Assembly (NCBI RefSeq): GCF_009914755.1
Contig: NC_060929.1
Source: the human T2T-CHM13v2.0 reference genome, Homo sapiens
Strand: one strand, 5' to 3'
Length of the DNA stretch: 64,000 bases
Shown piece by piece: positions 44,076 through 58,700 of the stretch (positions within the stretch are counted from its first letter, which is position 1; each line of letters begins with the position of its first letter). The translations under genes were made by a program, and so were the position numbers. The notes beneath the pieces are model-generated. The model was not told where the DNA came from and did no database searches. It saw nothing but the letters and a program-made list of their open reading frames with translations.

Positions 44076-46199
44076 TTAGTATGTCCAAGATTATCTAAAA
44101 CCTCAACCTATGTTTCAGGAGTATCTATACAACTATTTAACGTAAGCTTTTTTTTTTCTTTAAAACTGGTGGCTATCTTATGGAAGTCAGACTTTCTCAT
44201 AGATGTCACTTGCTCAATGAAGAGTTAGTATTTTCGTGTCACTCAGAGTTCTGACTGCTCTCCAAGTCCCTGATGGTGCCCAAACCAATAATCAGCTGAG
44301 AAGCTCTAACGCTAAATACCATGCCACTTGAAGACCCGTGCCTTTTAAAGACCTTTTCAAAGCTCTCTGCTACCAGTCAATAAAAATATAAAAATCATTG
44401 AAAGACCATGAATCGTAAATACAGGGAGTTAATTAACATTTGGAACCAACATAAATTCAAAACTGAGGTCTGCTCTTTGTTAGCCATTCTTTACTGCTGC
44501 TGGAGACACCACAGCATTCACTGATGGCCACTGGGTGAGAGAGTTGCTTACACAAACAAATATGAGTTTGGATTTCCTCTTTGCCACTATTATTTGTCCA
44601 GTCCCACTGAGCTTCAGTTTCTTCATCTGTAAAATGAGGGTTGGACTTCTCTTGTCAGGGCTGTTGAGAGCCTTAAATGAAAGAAAATAAATACTAACAC
44701 TTAGGCCTGGCCCTGGCATTTAGCAGGTGCTGGGAAAATGGACCTCTCCTGTGATTGATCATGTTAATCTTCATATTCTGTTATTTCCAGGTCTCCAAAT
44801 AAAAGAGAGTCTTCAACTAAAAAAGATTAACTTTTATTGTTATCAGGACTTGTATTTAGCATACACTTAAATTATGCCACTAAAAATGATACACCTCATT
44901 AGCAAAACACCCACCCAGTGAGATTTAGTGAGTTATTTGTAAATGTTCCCACACTTGCTATTATCTAAACTTTTGAAGGTTTAGTACATTGTGGAAAACC
45001 ACACCCAGTTTTTTCTTGAACGTAATCATAAGAATCAGACCCTTTCCATGTTTCTTTTTTTTAACGTAGAAGTTACCCTATTTTTCTGAGATGGGATAGT
45101 TATAAAGAATTTGAACATCTCCCCACAAACCCTGTTCTGTCTTAAGAGCTGGGAGGGGCAGGGCATAACTGGGAAGTGGAGATGATTTAGCTATATGTTT
45201 ATTGCTTTAGTATTTAACAGCAAACATGAAATTCTTTTTTTGGCTTTAAAAACACCATCCTCTCCCATTTCCATTCTTATGTCTGCTGTTTCTCTTTCTC
45301 ACCATGCTTTTCTGACTCACTTTCCTTTGCCAGTTTCCTAAATGTGAGTTCTCCAGGGTTTGATTCTTCACCCCTTCCGTTCTCATATTTTTTACTTTTA
45401 TAAGGTGTTGAACAAACGTAATTGCTTATTTCTTCTTTTGATGCCAGATTGGAATGGTTGTAACTCATAGCATTATCCCTTAAGGAATTACATACCCATG
45501 CATCATTTAGAAAAGCTGGGGGTAATAGCATAACTTGAAGCCTTTTATTACACAGTTATCATGGCACACACAGGCAAAATAATATTCTCCCAACACATTC
45601 TGAAAAGGCGTGACAGAGTGGTAGATAGAATTGGAAGTGAGAACTAGTGCTAGTTTTCTTGATTCTGGAAATAGTTAATTTGAAATTCAAAATAAGTGAT
45701 AATTTTACAATTATTAAGAAAACTTTAAAGTTTTAAAAATTAAGTACTTAATTTGAAGCATATGTGTAAGCTATGTATTAGAGAATGGTTTCTATATATT
45801 GTAGAATTGTTTTATGAGAATGCTTACAAAATGAGGAATTGGGCCCTCAAATAATATCCCTTCTGCTATGCAGTTTTAGGTTTCAAAGATCTAATGCTCT
45901 TAAGTGATGTAAATTTTTCTAATTCAAAATAATTAGTGTAAAATATTTAGTTCTTAAAATTTAATTTTTGGTAAATCAGTAGTGAAGATGAGGCTGCGGA
46001 AATTATACGGACTCTTACTAAAGCCTATATGAAAATAGTTGTGATCCATAACCAGTCATGCAATTTTATTTCTGGAAGACTTGTCAGACAACTTCTATTT
46101 CACCAACCTGACTGTTCAGGTGAGGAAACCGAGGTTCAAATTGCATTAGGAATGTCTCTGTAGAAGACCATGCTATTAAGAAGATGTACTGGTTAAAGT

Positions 46200-46690
46200 T
46201 GTTAGTTCCAATTAGAACCCACTCTGACTAAGCCAAAAAGGAATTTCTTAAGGAACGGGGTAGCTGGTAGAGAAATCCAGGAGAGTACAGCAGAAGAAAT
46301 CTAAAGCCTTACAGCAGTACTAATGCACAGTAACACTATGAGGCTTTCTCCTGCTGCCACCACAGCTCAGCTCCTGTCACATGTAGGACTGGGTGCCAGA
46401 ACTCTGCCACTGACAATGCAGAAGACTCAAAATCCCTATTATAACATGGATTTCCTGGTGGGCAGCAGCCTGCACACGTTGCTCACTTCCCAGCTCATTC
46501 TTGTTTGGCACATCTGATTGGCCAGTGTAAATCACATGCCTTCACCCTGCTCCAAGGGAATCTGGGGGTGTGAGTCTTCTGGATCCTACTTTGGGAAGGC
46601 ATGGACTGATAAGGCAGGAAATTATCAATATGTGGTGAGGTTTTTCAAATATGTGGCCTCCTGCTGAATGACAGATATCCATGACAAAGG
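46200..46690 (-). mobile_element. Probable MaLR (MLT1-type) LTR relic
   Basis: 'catctgattggccagtgtaaatcacatgcc...caagggaatctggg' resembles reverse MLT1. Confidence 0.5.
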
Positions 46691-47296
46691 AAAACAGGAG
46701 AATTACCTAATTGAATAGGAAAACTACAGATGACAAGTTATTCAGCAACATTAGGCCTTTCAAACAGAAGAAAGCGCAAACAACTTTCCTCCCAGCCTAG
46801 ACAGGAGGAGATCTATGAAGGAATAAGCACCTATCAGAGAAATACTTTCGTGATTTGGGTCCTGAGTCTGCCATAAATAGCTGTGCTGACTTTGGCAACA
46901 CAGCTCTCTTCCCAGGTTCTTACTTTTCTCATCTGTAATAGGAGTGAGGGTTTGGGTTAACTCTTCAGGTACTGTGGAGGGTATGCTGACATTCAGTGCC
47001 AGCATCAGCCCACAGTACCCTCCTACCACGTGTGGTTTGTGAGATGACTGTGTGTTAGACAAGAAAGCGTTTTTATTTTAATAATTATGCTTATATTTTA
47101 ATGTGCTATAAAAAGTAAACTAGCACATCAACTCCTAATCCCATGGCTATTTTCATTTATAGTGAGGCTGAATTTAAGGTTAAAGTAAATCTACTTCTTT
47201 TAAATTAAGTAAACATAATATATCTATGGCAGGTTAAAAAATATTATATAAGTAATGTACAAATAATAACCAGGGCTTGAGAAATAAGATCCAGAG

Positions 47297-47660
47297 CAGT
47301 AATTCTCACCTTTTAATGTACATAATGAGTCAGTGTGGGTTTTATTAAAATGAAGATTCTGGTTTAGGAAGTCCAGGATGAGGCTGAGATTCTGCTTTTC
47401 TAACAAGCTTCCAGTGGATGTGCTGCTGCTGCTTTGGCAACCACATTTTGAGTAGCCAGGAGACTGAATAGTGCAGAATGTGGGTAGTTTAGGCTACCCA
47501 TAACCTAAACATCAACTAGAGAATCTGATTAAAATGCAGATTCTCAGGTTTGAAGCCAAGAAATTCTGATTCGCCGGGGTGGGGGAAGAGCCCAGGATTT
47601 CATATATTTAATAGGCATTCCCAGGAGTTTCAGATGCAGATGATTTGAGAACCACACTGG
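47297..47660. mobile_element. Two adjacent MER5-family MITEs
   Basis: 'ctgagattctgcttttctaacaagcttccagtgga' and 'ttaaaatgcagattctcagg...tttgagaaccacactg'. Confidence 0.7.
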
Positions 47661-47786
47661 CAGGAAGGACACCCTCAGGGATTGTGATGGCCACAGCACA
47701 GCAGTGGAACTACATTGTTTGCCTTCACTCTAAGGAAAGGAGCCTTTTTCCACCTGACTTACAGCAGAAGAATCTTGCGAAAAAAA

Positions 47787-48152
<366 letters not shown>

Positions 48153-48378
48153 TAGGCATCATTGAGCTGCCTAACTCTGGAAGCTGTGGGGCCCAGGGCC
48201 CATCCCTATGGGGTGTGGCCCAAATTAGTCACCCTGTGCTGTTTTTGTCACAGGAGAAATTAATGTCAGTGAAACCTAGATGAGCTTTTAGTCTATTTTT
48301 AAAAAGGAATGACAATACTAATGATCAACAACAACAACAAAAAGGGATATATAAGCTATATATCAAGAAGAATTCTAA

Positions 48379-48675
<297 letters not shown>

Positions 48676-49654
48676 TTATAAGGACAGGGTCTTCTGCTCT
48701 GGAAATGTTAGAATCTTAAAGTTGGAAGGGCTCTTATTTCACTAGATTTTTGACAGAAATAAAAGACAAAAAAAATAAGGTAGCTGTGAGGAGTACCTTG
48801 AAAGGTACATCAGAGGGCCCTAACTGCCTTGGCTGCCTGGTGGGGTACAAAGCTGTATGGATGAGTTCACCTTTTTCATGCCACTGGCCATCATTTGTCA
48901 TGACTCGACACAGCACTGTCCAACCTGTCCTGAGGTCTGTGTTCCTCAAACAGTGACCAACACTACCTCCTTCACTCACACCCCAAGTTCAGGGTTCAGA
49001 GCCTTTAATGTGGTTGGTGTACGGCTTTTCATTTATTTTAAAATTTTTTATAATTATTTTCTCTAACTCTTATCATTCAATATTTATTAGTTGGCCTTCT
49101 ATATGAAAGAGTGGCTTAACCCCTCTATTTATTCATTCATTTATTTACAGCAGTATAGACTCATGAATTTATATTGTATTCAATAGCTTCAAATCTATTC
49201 TAATTTTGAAGTTTGTAATATACTATAATATAAAGTAATCGGGTAGAATTCTTACTGTTAAACTACTCTTTAAAGAAATCCATTACACAGTTTTAACTGC
49301 ATTTGCAAATCCCTGGTTGTAGTCATTACTAATCCACTTTATAGTTTCAAAAGAGGTCTTCGGGGGAGCATATTTGCGAAGTGCACCCACCGTCGTTGCC
49401 TTATTCTGGTAGTCACAGGGTGACAGCCGAGGGAGCGGTAACCTGTAATCAGCCGGCGGTGCGCAGCCCACACAGCACGTGGTCCGCATCACAGGCTGCG
49501 TTATTGAGTGAGCCAGTCTCCAGATGCCAGGCGCATGACGAGTCCACGGAGCGGGACCTCCCTCCCCACGCATCCCGGGCTCCCGGGGCGGGGCCGCCGG
49601 GCAGGGGGGCGGGGAGCATCCTGCGTCGCCTTCCCGGGACCGCCCCGCCCCGTC

Positions 49655-49770
49655 GCACTCAGAGAGCTGGGCTGGAGCTCCAAGCGGAAACCGCGGGAGC
49701 CGAGCCCAGCTAGGAATGCAGACCTCCTGAAAACCAAGCCGAGGACTGCGGGGTCCGGTGTCCACGCAGA
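49655..49770 (+). other. CAST: Probable non-coding alternative first exon 1u (5' UTR of type III calpastatin); 5' end approximate
   Basis: Lies just downstream of the GC-box cluster and ends at donor AGA|GTGAGT (49770/49771). The only ATG in it closes after 4 codons. Confidence 0.75.
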
Positions 49771-50060
49771 GTGAGTACTGTCTTCCGCCGCTTTGCTCCA
49801 GGCCGCGCGTGCTCCCGGGTCTAGGGCCTGTGCCCCCGGCTACCTGCCCTGCGTGTCCGGGGCCTGGTCCCTGCAGCGGACTCCCCAGGCTCGGGACGTG
49901 CGCTTTTCCTACTATCGCGACCCTGGCGATACCGTGCGTTCTGAGTTTAACTGTGTTTCTTGGCGACTCCTCCTCCTTGTCGGTAACACTGTTACTGCCC
50001 CTTCCGCCGGGAAATGTATCTGGTGACCGGACGCGTAGGGTTACAAAACAAGGGATTTGT

Positions 50061-50109
50061 GTGGCCCGGTACAAGTGGCCCGAGACAAGTGGCCCGAGAC
50101 AAGTGGCCC
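50061..50109 (+). repeat. 14-bp tandem repeat (GTGGCCCGAGACAA) x3.5
   Basis: Units at 50061 (variant GTGGCCCGGTACAA), 50075, 50089 and a partial unit at 50103. Confidence 0.95.
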
Positions 50110-51892
50110 AAAAGAAGGAAAGCAGCAGCTATGTCAGTTTGGTTTGGCACCTTTATCTCTAGGGTTGGAGATAGATCTCCTCCTCCCCAGCCGTGCCGCC
50201 ACCCTGTGATGACCTCCGTTTTAGAGCGTGAGCTCACTCTGACCTTTCTGCGTACCTGATACATGCTGGGTGTGGCGTGGCAAGTGTTGTAACCTGTTTC
50301 GGTTCCATTTCCTTTACACAACCTGAGACGGTTGTAGAATAACATCACTGAGGGTTACTTTGTGTCTATCTTTTAAGAATACAAAGTGTTTTCACAGAGA
50401 TTTAACTTTCTCTTCTGTATGGTTAGGGACCCGGCATTCTCCACTTACACACAGGCAGGGGGAAGTTCTTTATTCCCATTGTACAGCTTCAGAAAATGAG
50501 GCAGAGAGTTTAGACAGCTTCCCTAAGGATCGGGACTTTGGGGCCTCTCTAGTTTTCTAGGAAACCACCTATGCATCAGAATGACAGAAATGCTTAATCA
50601 GCAGCTCTGGAAAGTTCCTGCTGTTTCACATGTTTTTCAGAGGAAAAACCTCTGCATTGCAGGGAAGCTCAACAAGGAGTGGCATCTACTGTTCAAAAGG
50701 GGAAAGTCTATTTCCTAATCAGCACTAGAGTTTATATTAATATAGATTGCTTCTTTCTGATGAATGTATTCGACTTTTGTGCACTGATTTTTCAGTATCT
50801 AAAAGGAATATTGAGTTGTTGGGAATATGCTGGGGAGGGTGTGCTGCTTGGGTTCTAGGAGGCAGTATAGGATTAAAATGAAGTAGTGAAATTTAGCAAA
50901 ATCTTGCTGAACAAGGAAAGGCCACACCTGTAGACTGATGGAGAAGGAATAAGCCACCTATAGCAATGAGGCTGACTAGGGATCCCGTGTGTGTGCAGCA
51001 AGGACTCCTGGTGTCTATTACGAATCAGCATGCTTTGTAGACTGTGAAACAGTGTTTATGAAGCAGCACATTCAAGTATAAATATTGGCTGTGGTTCAGT
51101 TCAGATGCTTTGAAAGAAGAGTCCGAATGCCAGAGAGTAGTTGATTATATAGAATTAGTGGGGAGTTTTGGTTCCTTGATTATTCTCTGGCAGAATTGAC
51201 TAAGTATAACATCTGTACTGCAATGAAAACATAAAAGCTAGTACGTAAAGTAACAGTTTGAAAGAATGAAACCAGAAAGAAAAAGAAAGCATTTTCTTTT
51301 CATTTGAATAACTTCTGAAAATCAGCTGAGTATTTATGTTTCTATTCATTGTTTATAATCACAGTTAACTTTAAGTGATCACTACTTCTTAGGTGGAAAC
51401 ATTTACTTTTTCTCAAAATATGAACTGTCTTAATTAGTCCTATTCAAATAAAAACTCCATAACCCATATTCTTCTATGTTCATATATATCTTTGTATCTC
51501 CTCTTTCATTATACCTTATAATTCCCTCAATTTGGAGATCATACGAATCTGGGATATCTGTTTTAGCATTGGTGTGTCTAACCTCATAAGAACATATCGC
51601 ATAGTTTTTCTGATACATAGAATTAGCAATCTGCTTACTAGAAAATTACAGGAGGTCTTCATGAACATTGCATTTAATTTTTTCTCTATGGACGCTCTTG
51701 ACTTAAAAATGTCATCTTAATGTTTCTCAAAAGGCATAGTCTTGGCATTTTGGGTGACAATTCTGAATTAGATAGAGCTCTTTGCTCGCACTGAATGTCA
51801 GAGCGTGACCGAAAGCACTTTCATGCATTTAAATGAACTTTGGTTGGGTACTACATCCAATTTTTTAAAATTGAATAAAACATATTAAAAAG

Positions 51893-52210
51893 GGCTAGGG
51901 ACGGTGGCTCATGCCTGTAATCTCAGCACTTTAGAAGGCCAAGGAGGGAGGATCGCTTGAGGCCAGGAGTTTGAGACCAGCCTGAGCAACATAGCAAGAC
52001 CCTGTCTCTACAAAAAATTTAAAAATTAGGGCATGGTGGCGTGCACCTATGTGGCCCCAGCTACTTGGGAGGCTAAGGTGGAAGGATCAGTTGAGCCTGG
52101 GAGGTTAAATTGTAGTGAGCTGTGATTGTGCTGCTGCACTCCAGCCTGACACAGCGATGAGACTCTGTGTCAAAAAAATATATATATAAAGAAAAAAAAG
52201 AAAAAAAAAG
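51893..52210 (+). mobile_element. AluJ-like
   Basis: J-type left arm 'ggaggatcgcttgaggccaggagtttgagaccagcctgagcaacatagcaagacc'. Confidence 0.92.
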
Positions 52211-54245
52211 AATTGAGCCATACCATTTTGATGGAAAGCCATAAAAATAATTAGTCAATGATTTCCAATTTTTAAGGCCACTTTACATCTCCTAAGACTT
52301 GATGGCTTCTGGACAAATCTGTTTATTTGAACATTGCGATTTGGGCAGAAACTGTGTAATCAATCATACCGTTAGCAAGGTGACATTGTTGGACCCATGT
52401 GCTATAGTACTCTATTGTCTACCCTAAGCAATAATAATGGATTATTAGAAGGTGACTGTAATAGGTTCTAGTAAAAGAATAGATGAGCATAATCTGTATT
52501 AGAACATAGTATTAATAGTTCTAATATTAATATTTATATTAATAGTTCTAATAATAGTTCTAATGTGGCTATAACACATTAATAGTAACAGCTACATTTA
52601 CTGAAAACACTATATTCTAAGCACATACGGAGCCCTTATGTGCTGTGATGATAATGTAGCTATGACGTAGAAACTCCTGTTATGCTCGTTTTACAGATTA
52701 AGAAAATAAAAACTGCCATACTATATTGTTTTTCAGGACATATTTAACAGCTTGCCATGAACACTTTTCAAAGAATGAGCTTCAGTGCATGAAAAGTTAT
52801 CACACACTAAATTCGCATTTTGCTACAGTGATTTCCTCTCTCAGAATGCAAACTTTTACTATACCATGAGCCCCTTAAAGACAGAATCCCCTATAGCATC
52901 TACTTCATGTCTTCCACATAGTAATTGCTCAATATTTATTGGATTGGAAAAAAGATTAGTTTTATCGTAATATGAATAGAGCCCTAAGATGCTGTTACAT
53001 TAATATAGATTATTCCTGGTTAGGTAGAAATGATAAAATAATATTCATTTTTATTCTCTAGGATTTACAAGTAGAGTTTTTGAAGTTTAATATCTCTTTG
53101 TGCTTTGGCTAAAGATTATAGAGTGGATAATCAAAAAATATATGAGCAAGGAACCCTTTTTTCTTTCTTTATTTTTTCCCTGGAGTTTCTGCAATTGGCC
53201 AGACGTGATGCTAGGCATACAGAGGTATGGCCCATATAACAAATATAAAGAGCAATGTAAAAAGTGTTAAATGGCAGTGCTGTCACGATACTGTAAAAGC
53301 GGAGTGAAAGGTTAAAGGAAGAGGGTTGAGGTTAAGCTTGGGAGCCTGTTTTTCTGGGAATATACAGTAGAAATATGATTTCTTTAAAGGAAATCTGCAA
53401 CCAGGAGGCAAGGCTAAAGCAGAAAATGCCAACAGCTGCAGATCCTAATGACTGAGATGTTATTCTGGTGGAGCACAGTCAGTTAAAGGCAGGACTGCTT
53501 ATAAGTGTGAAATACATCCAGCCTCCCAGTCATTGGCTTGCCTGATGCATTATTTTCTTAATCTCTTCTTCCCGTGCTTTCCCCTGAGACACTCCAGTTT
53601 CTGTTGCACACCTTTGCATGTGCTGTTTTGTGGAACTGAGAGTTCTGGTTAATTCTAGGACATTCTGATAAGATGTTCTTGCTACTCTTCCCTTGTAGAC
53701 AGACTGGATTTCCATCAGGTGTCAGTAACATCTAAGATTTTCATTTTGTCCTGGGGCTCTACGCAGTTTAACTGGAGCCGCCACAGCTGATTGGGTGTGT
53801 GTTGTCAGTCCCCCAGGCAAGCTCTGAGGGTTACATTTCTGCTGCTCATATTTCTGTTTCTTTCTTCACCACTCAACCCGAGGTGCAAAAGTGCAAAGAC
53901 AAGTTCATCAACAATCAGAATAACCTGCCCCTGAATTCTTTCTAATGATTCATTTTCTCAATCTAGTTTCTAATTTCATATTTGGCAGCTACCACCTGGT
54001 AAATACATCTCCTTAGCTAGAGGAGGAAAACTTCACACCCAGTTTACTCACCTTTTGTCGTTTTCCCTGGTTCCTGTCAAAGTTGTTGCTTGGTCTGTTT
54101 TGTTGCCATTTGTTTTCCTACAGATCCCTTTACAACACTCTGTTTTTTAAAAAACTAACATTTAACTTTATTTGAGGAAGATATTTTATATGTTAGAAAA
54201 AATGATTTTGGGTCTGCTTTTATTGAATGTGTTAACTTTAGTTAA

Positions 54246-54482
<237 letters not shown>

Positions 54483-55349
54483 AATCGACCTTCACAGGGA
54501 AGGTCTCTAATGAACTAAACCAACTGATGTTCATGGCCCACGTTTGGAGCCTGAGCAAGGTCATGGACCATTGATATTTCACTCAAAGTTGCCGTAACAG
54601 ATTAAAGCGCTTAGTATGCAAGTATTCTCCCTGAGCTCTATAATGGACTGAGGTCCCCCATACCAGTGACTTAAGAGTCAAAGACCTAGACCACACCTCA
54701 GGGCCTCCAGAGTTGCCGGGGAAAGTGTGAGCTATGAGTGCTGTTCCCACCAAGAAATCAGGAGCTTAGCCTCCTGCACATACTGTTTCCTTATTAACTA
54801 TACTAACAGAGTGGCCAGGGAAGGTAGCAGGGAATAGAATCACTTATACATTTTTCAGTTACATGTGCTTTTTCCTTATTGTGAATGTAGGAAATTGTGT
54901 TTATATCCGATAGGGAAAATGAAACCCTTTTATATGACTCCATTACTATGGCTAATAATCATCAGCGTCCCTGAATATAAATATTCTCATGCTAACAATA
55001 TGTTTAAAACAGTGCCTCATATGCTTTTAGACATGCGTTATTTTATAGCATTTTATTTTAAAAGTTGTGTCAGGTTTAGAGAGGTGAGTCTGCATCAGGG
55101 AACTGAAACTGGTAACCAGCATTTTTATTTTTCAGGATTCTTCCCTTTCATATGTTCCATCTCTTTATTTTTCTGTGCTGCATTGTGATTAATGGCCTCA
55201 GATCTATCTTCCAGTCGCTTAAGTCTCTATGCAGTTATGTGTAGTTTATATTTTCACCTATTTTTGATTTGGGGCTTTTATTTTTTCTTTTGTGTCTTTG
55301 ATTTTTAAAATTTATTAAAAGTCCCCTTCAGATTTTTCTATTGTTTTAG

Positions 55350-55706
<357 letters not shown>

Positions 55707-58700
55707 TAATTCTTGAAGTAAAATTTCTCCTATATTTGTAACAATGACTCTCCCGCATGCTATTTTACTTCCTGATTAGGTTGGGAAAATGTGGCTTGAA
55801 ATTCACCTTCAATGAAGATTGTTTTCCATGAGAGTCCTTTTTCCCCTATGTTGTAGATCTGCCTCTACCAAGTGGTTTTTAGTACGTTGCTGCCTGTGGT
55901 CATTCAGATTTCAACAGCGTTAATATCTTGGCTTGGTGCTTCCACTATACAGAAATAAATTTGGTCCTTGAGTGCCCAATGGCACAAGTTTGGAATTTAT
56001 TTTTCTCATGCATATGCATTTTTACACTCATGGCTCCAGCCAGAAAGAAAGCTGCCTTACCATTATTCTGGACAGGTGGGCAGTTGTCAAGGCTTATGTT
56101 TGTGGATGATCAGTTCTGAGTAGCTTCTGGTTTTAAGCTAGTAACTCAGCACAGGGCCTGTAGCCAGGATTCCTTTCTCATTTAGAGAATTCAATTCCTA
56201 GTTCCCAACTGTTATATCTGTTTCTGATATCCCCGTGAGTCATTCTGTCTCAGCCTTGCTCACCAGAGGACTTAGAATTCCCTCCCCTTTAGGTTACTTG
56301 GGAATTTCTCTTCTTTAAAGCTTACCTATCTATTTTATTTTTTATGTTAAATTTTATTCAGTATTCTCATGTCTGGAACAAAATGGAGTTCTTTTATTAG
56401 AACACAGACTAATTTTGTTAGACCTGAACAATGTGTTTAAAATGTTTGAAAGCCTTTAAGTTGGGGAATACATGTACTAGCTTGTCACATGCTTATCTTA
56501 TCATCATACTGGCCTTATGATATTCATACTGGCCTGATCTTCGTAATGATCTGATGATATTCATATCACTCTACACATGTTTTCATTTGCTTTTTAGACT
56601 CCTGTTCTACAGAAATAGACATATATTATTTTCTGAAAATTTAATTACTTGACCATTTGAAAATTGCATCCTGTTTTAAAAAATATCCTGGCAGCTGAGC
56701 TGTATACTTGGTGTATAATGTGTGCAGCATTAGGGGTTCCCCAATATTAGTTCCAGAATATCTACCTATAAAATGATAGCAATATTGGGATCGATGATGT
56801 CTACAACATACTACTATTTCCTTGTGGTGCAAGAAAGGACGCGGGCTATAGAGAAAGTCACAAGTATCAAGTGTTCCTGGGGTTTAGGGACATAAGACTA
56901 AAGAGGACAAGTATTATTGAGGTACTTCAGGGCAAGCATGTATGCCTTTGTCCCAGTCTTTTTAGGGAACATTTAGGTTCTTCAGTAACCTAGGCTAGCA
57001 ATATTAGCATCAAAAATCTTATTTTAAGCTGGCTGGAAGGTAATTTTGAAGAGTCATTTTGCAAATTTATCCTAATATCTTATGTGATCCTTTCTTTTAA
57101 CCAAATGTAAGTGTGAAGAGACAGAGATTGTCACCAGGAATAGAGCACTAATGTACAGCAATAGACGGTAGAAAATGGTGGTCCTTTCACTGAGCCACTA
57201 CAAAGCCATCTTGTTTTAAATTACCTAAAAGTGATTCTCCATGTCTGGGAATTTTAGAATTACGTGAGAGGCTTACAGCTTTTTAGGCCACAGACCTCCT
57301 TCCCTCTTCTTCTTGCCCTTTTTCCTTTGTATGTTTCTAAGTGTCTATTGTCCCCCTTCCTCTCCCACTGTTCTAACTACTGCCTATAAATAATTCTCTT
57401 CCAGGACCATTTCTACCCGTTATGTCAAGAACCACTGAGCTACAGTGTTAATGCTTGGCCAGTTACATTGCCCAGTGGCTTGACATTACATTCATTGCCA
57501 GCAATAATTATGAACATTTTTAGCCTAAAATATTTAAATAGTTATGAATTCCTGCCTATTCTACATATAGTTTCAATGATTAGAATTAGAGATCCTGTTT
57601 TCCCCCAGCAATATTATAAAACTAAATATCTTCCACATGATATCTTACTCTAACCTTGAGTTTTTAATCAATTAGTTAATTATATTTACTTGGGATTTTA
57701 GCCCTAATGGGTCCACATCACTTAAAAAAAAAAAAGTCTGTCCTCTGCTGAATATTCAGAGTTTAAAAATGGAGGTTTAATCTCTCTTGGCTGTTGAGTT
57801 TGAGCCTTCTGTTGGTTTCAATAATCTTTTAATTATTGCAGTATTGTGTGCTGAATTATTCTCACAGTGTTATTGTGGCAGGCCTGGATTCTTAGCCCAG
57901 AAAATTAGAATTGTTTTCTTCTCCAGCCCTTCTGACAATCATATTTTTATACCTGTTCACAGGTTTCCAAAGATTAAATGTGATCAACACTGATCTCCAT
58001 ATTTTCAATTAAAATCTTTGTGAAATACCACTTGATTTCCAGTTGAAGTAGTAGTAAACCATATTTTCTCAATGTATGTGTAACTTCTCCATATCCTACT
58101 ATATATAGGTCAATGAACTGAAAATTTGGGTACCATTCAACTTGGGAAGACAACCAATATAAAACAAAGAAAAAGTTAACTAAGAACATTCTAGCTATTG
58201 CTGATAATCTGAAAAAAATTCTGGAATGCTCTGGGGGCAGGATTCAGTCTAGCAGCACGTATATAGTTTAGAGAAACTCTACAGGATGTAGATTTTGAAA
58301 ATAAATAGAAACAAATAAATTTAACATTTATTAATTTATTGGACAACTACTGTGCTAAGTGATTTACATAAGATTTCATTTATTCCTTGTAAGAGTTGCA
58401 TATTTTACAACTAGGTAAGGAGGTATTGACAGTTTTATAAATGAGGAGACTGAGGGCCAAGAGAGTTCAAATAACTTACCCTAGGTCACTACAAATAGCA
58501 AGATTCTATTTGATTCTAAAATTCTTTTCAGCAGACTAGTCTTACAAAATCCTCTGTTCAGTAGTTTGTATCTAAGTAGTTTAAATAACTGAGAGGGGAA
58601 TTTGTTTCTAAACTTAAACACTGGAAATCAATATTGTGCTCTTTTGTTATATGCAGTATCTTAGGACTGCTGAAATTCTAATGGGTGAGGTTTCCCACTT

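Larger units (their letters stand above)
49370..50110 (+). promoter_or_regulatory. CAST: Intragenic CpG island: promoter of CAST alternative first exon 1u
   Basis: High GC and CpG density, clustered Sp1 GC boxes (GGGGCGGGG 49585-49593 and 49606-49614; CCGCCCCGCCCC ~49640), E-box CACGTG 49476-49481, no TATA. Its position after exon 1z fits the known gene architecture. Confidence 0.85.

Noticed and set aside
49283-50074. Longest ORF in the track (263 aa, minus strand)
   Set aside because: It spans the CpG island antisense to exon 1u, is low-complexity G/P/R/A-rich and has no recognisable domain, as expected from GC content alone.
50061-50109. Short direct repeats as a CRISPR-like array
   Set aside because: The repeats are contiguous with no spacers, the context is eukaryotic and there are no cas genes.
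52505-52565. Repeated TAATAGTTCTAAT units
   Set aside because: AT-rich low-complexity slippage product next to a MIR-like relic, with no sign of function.
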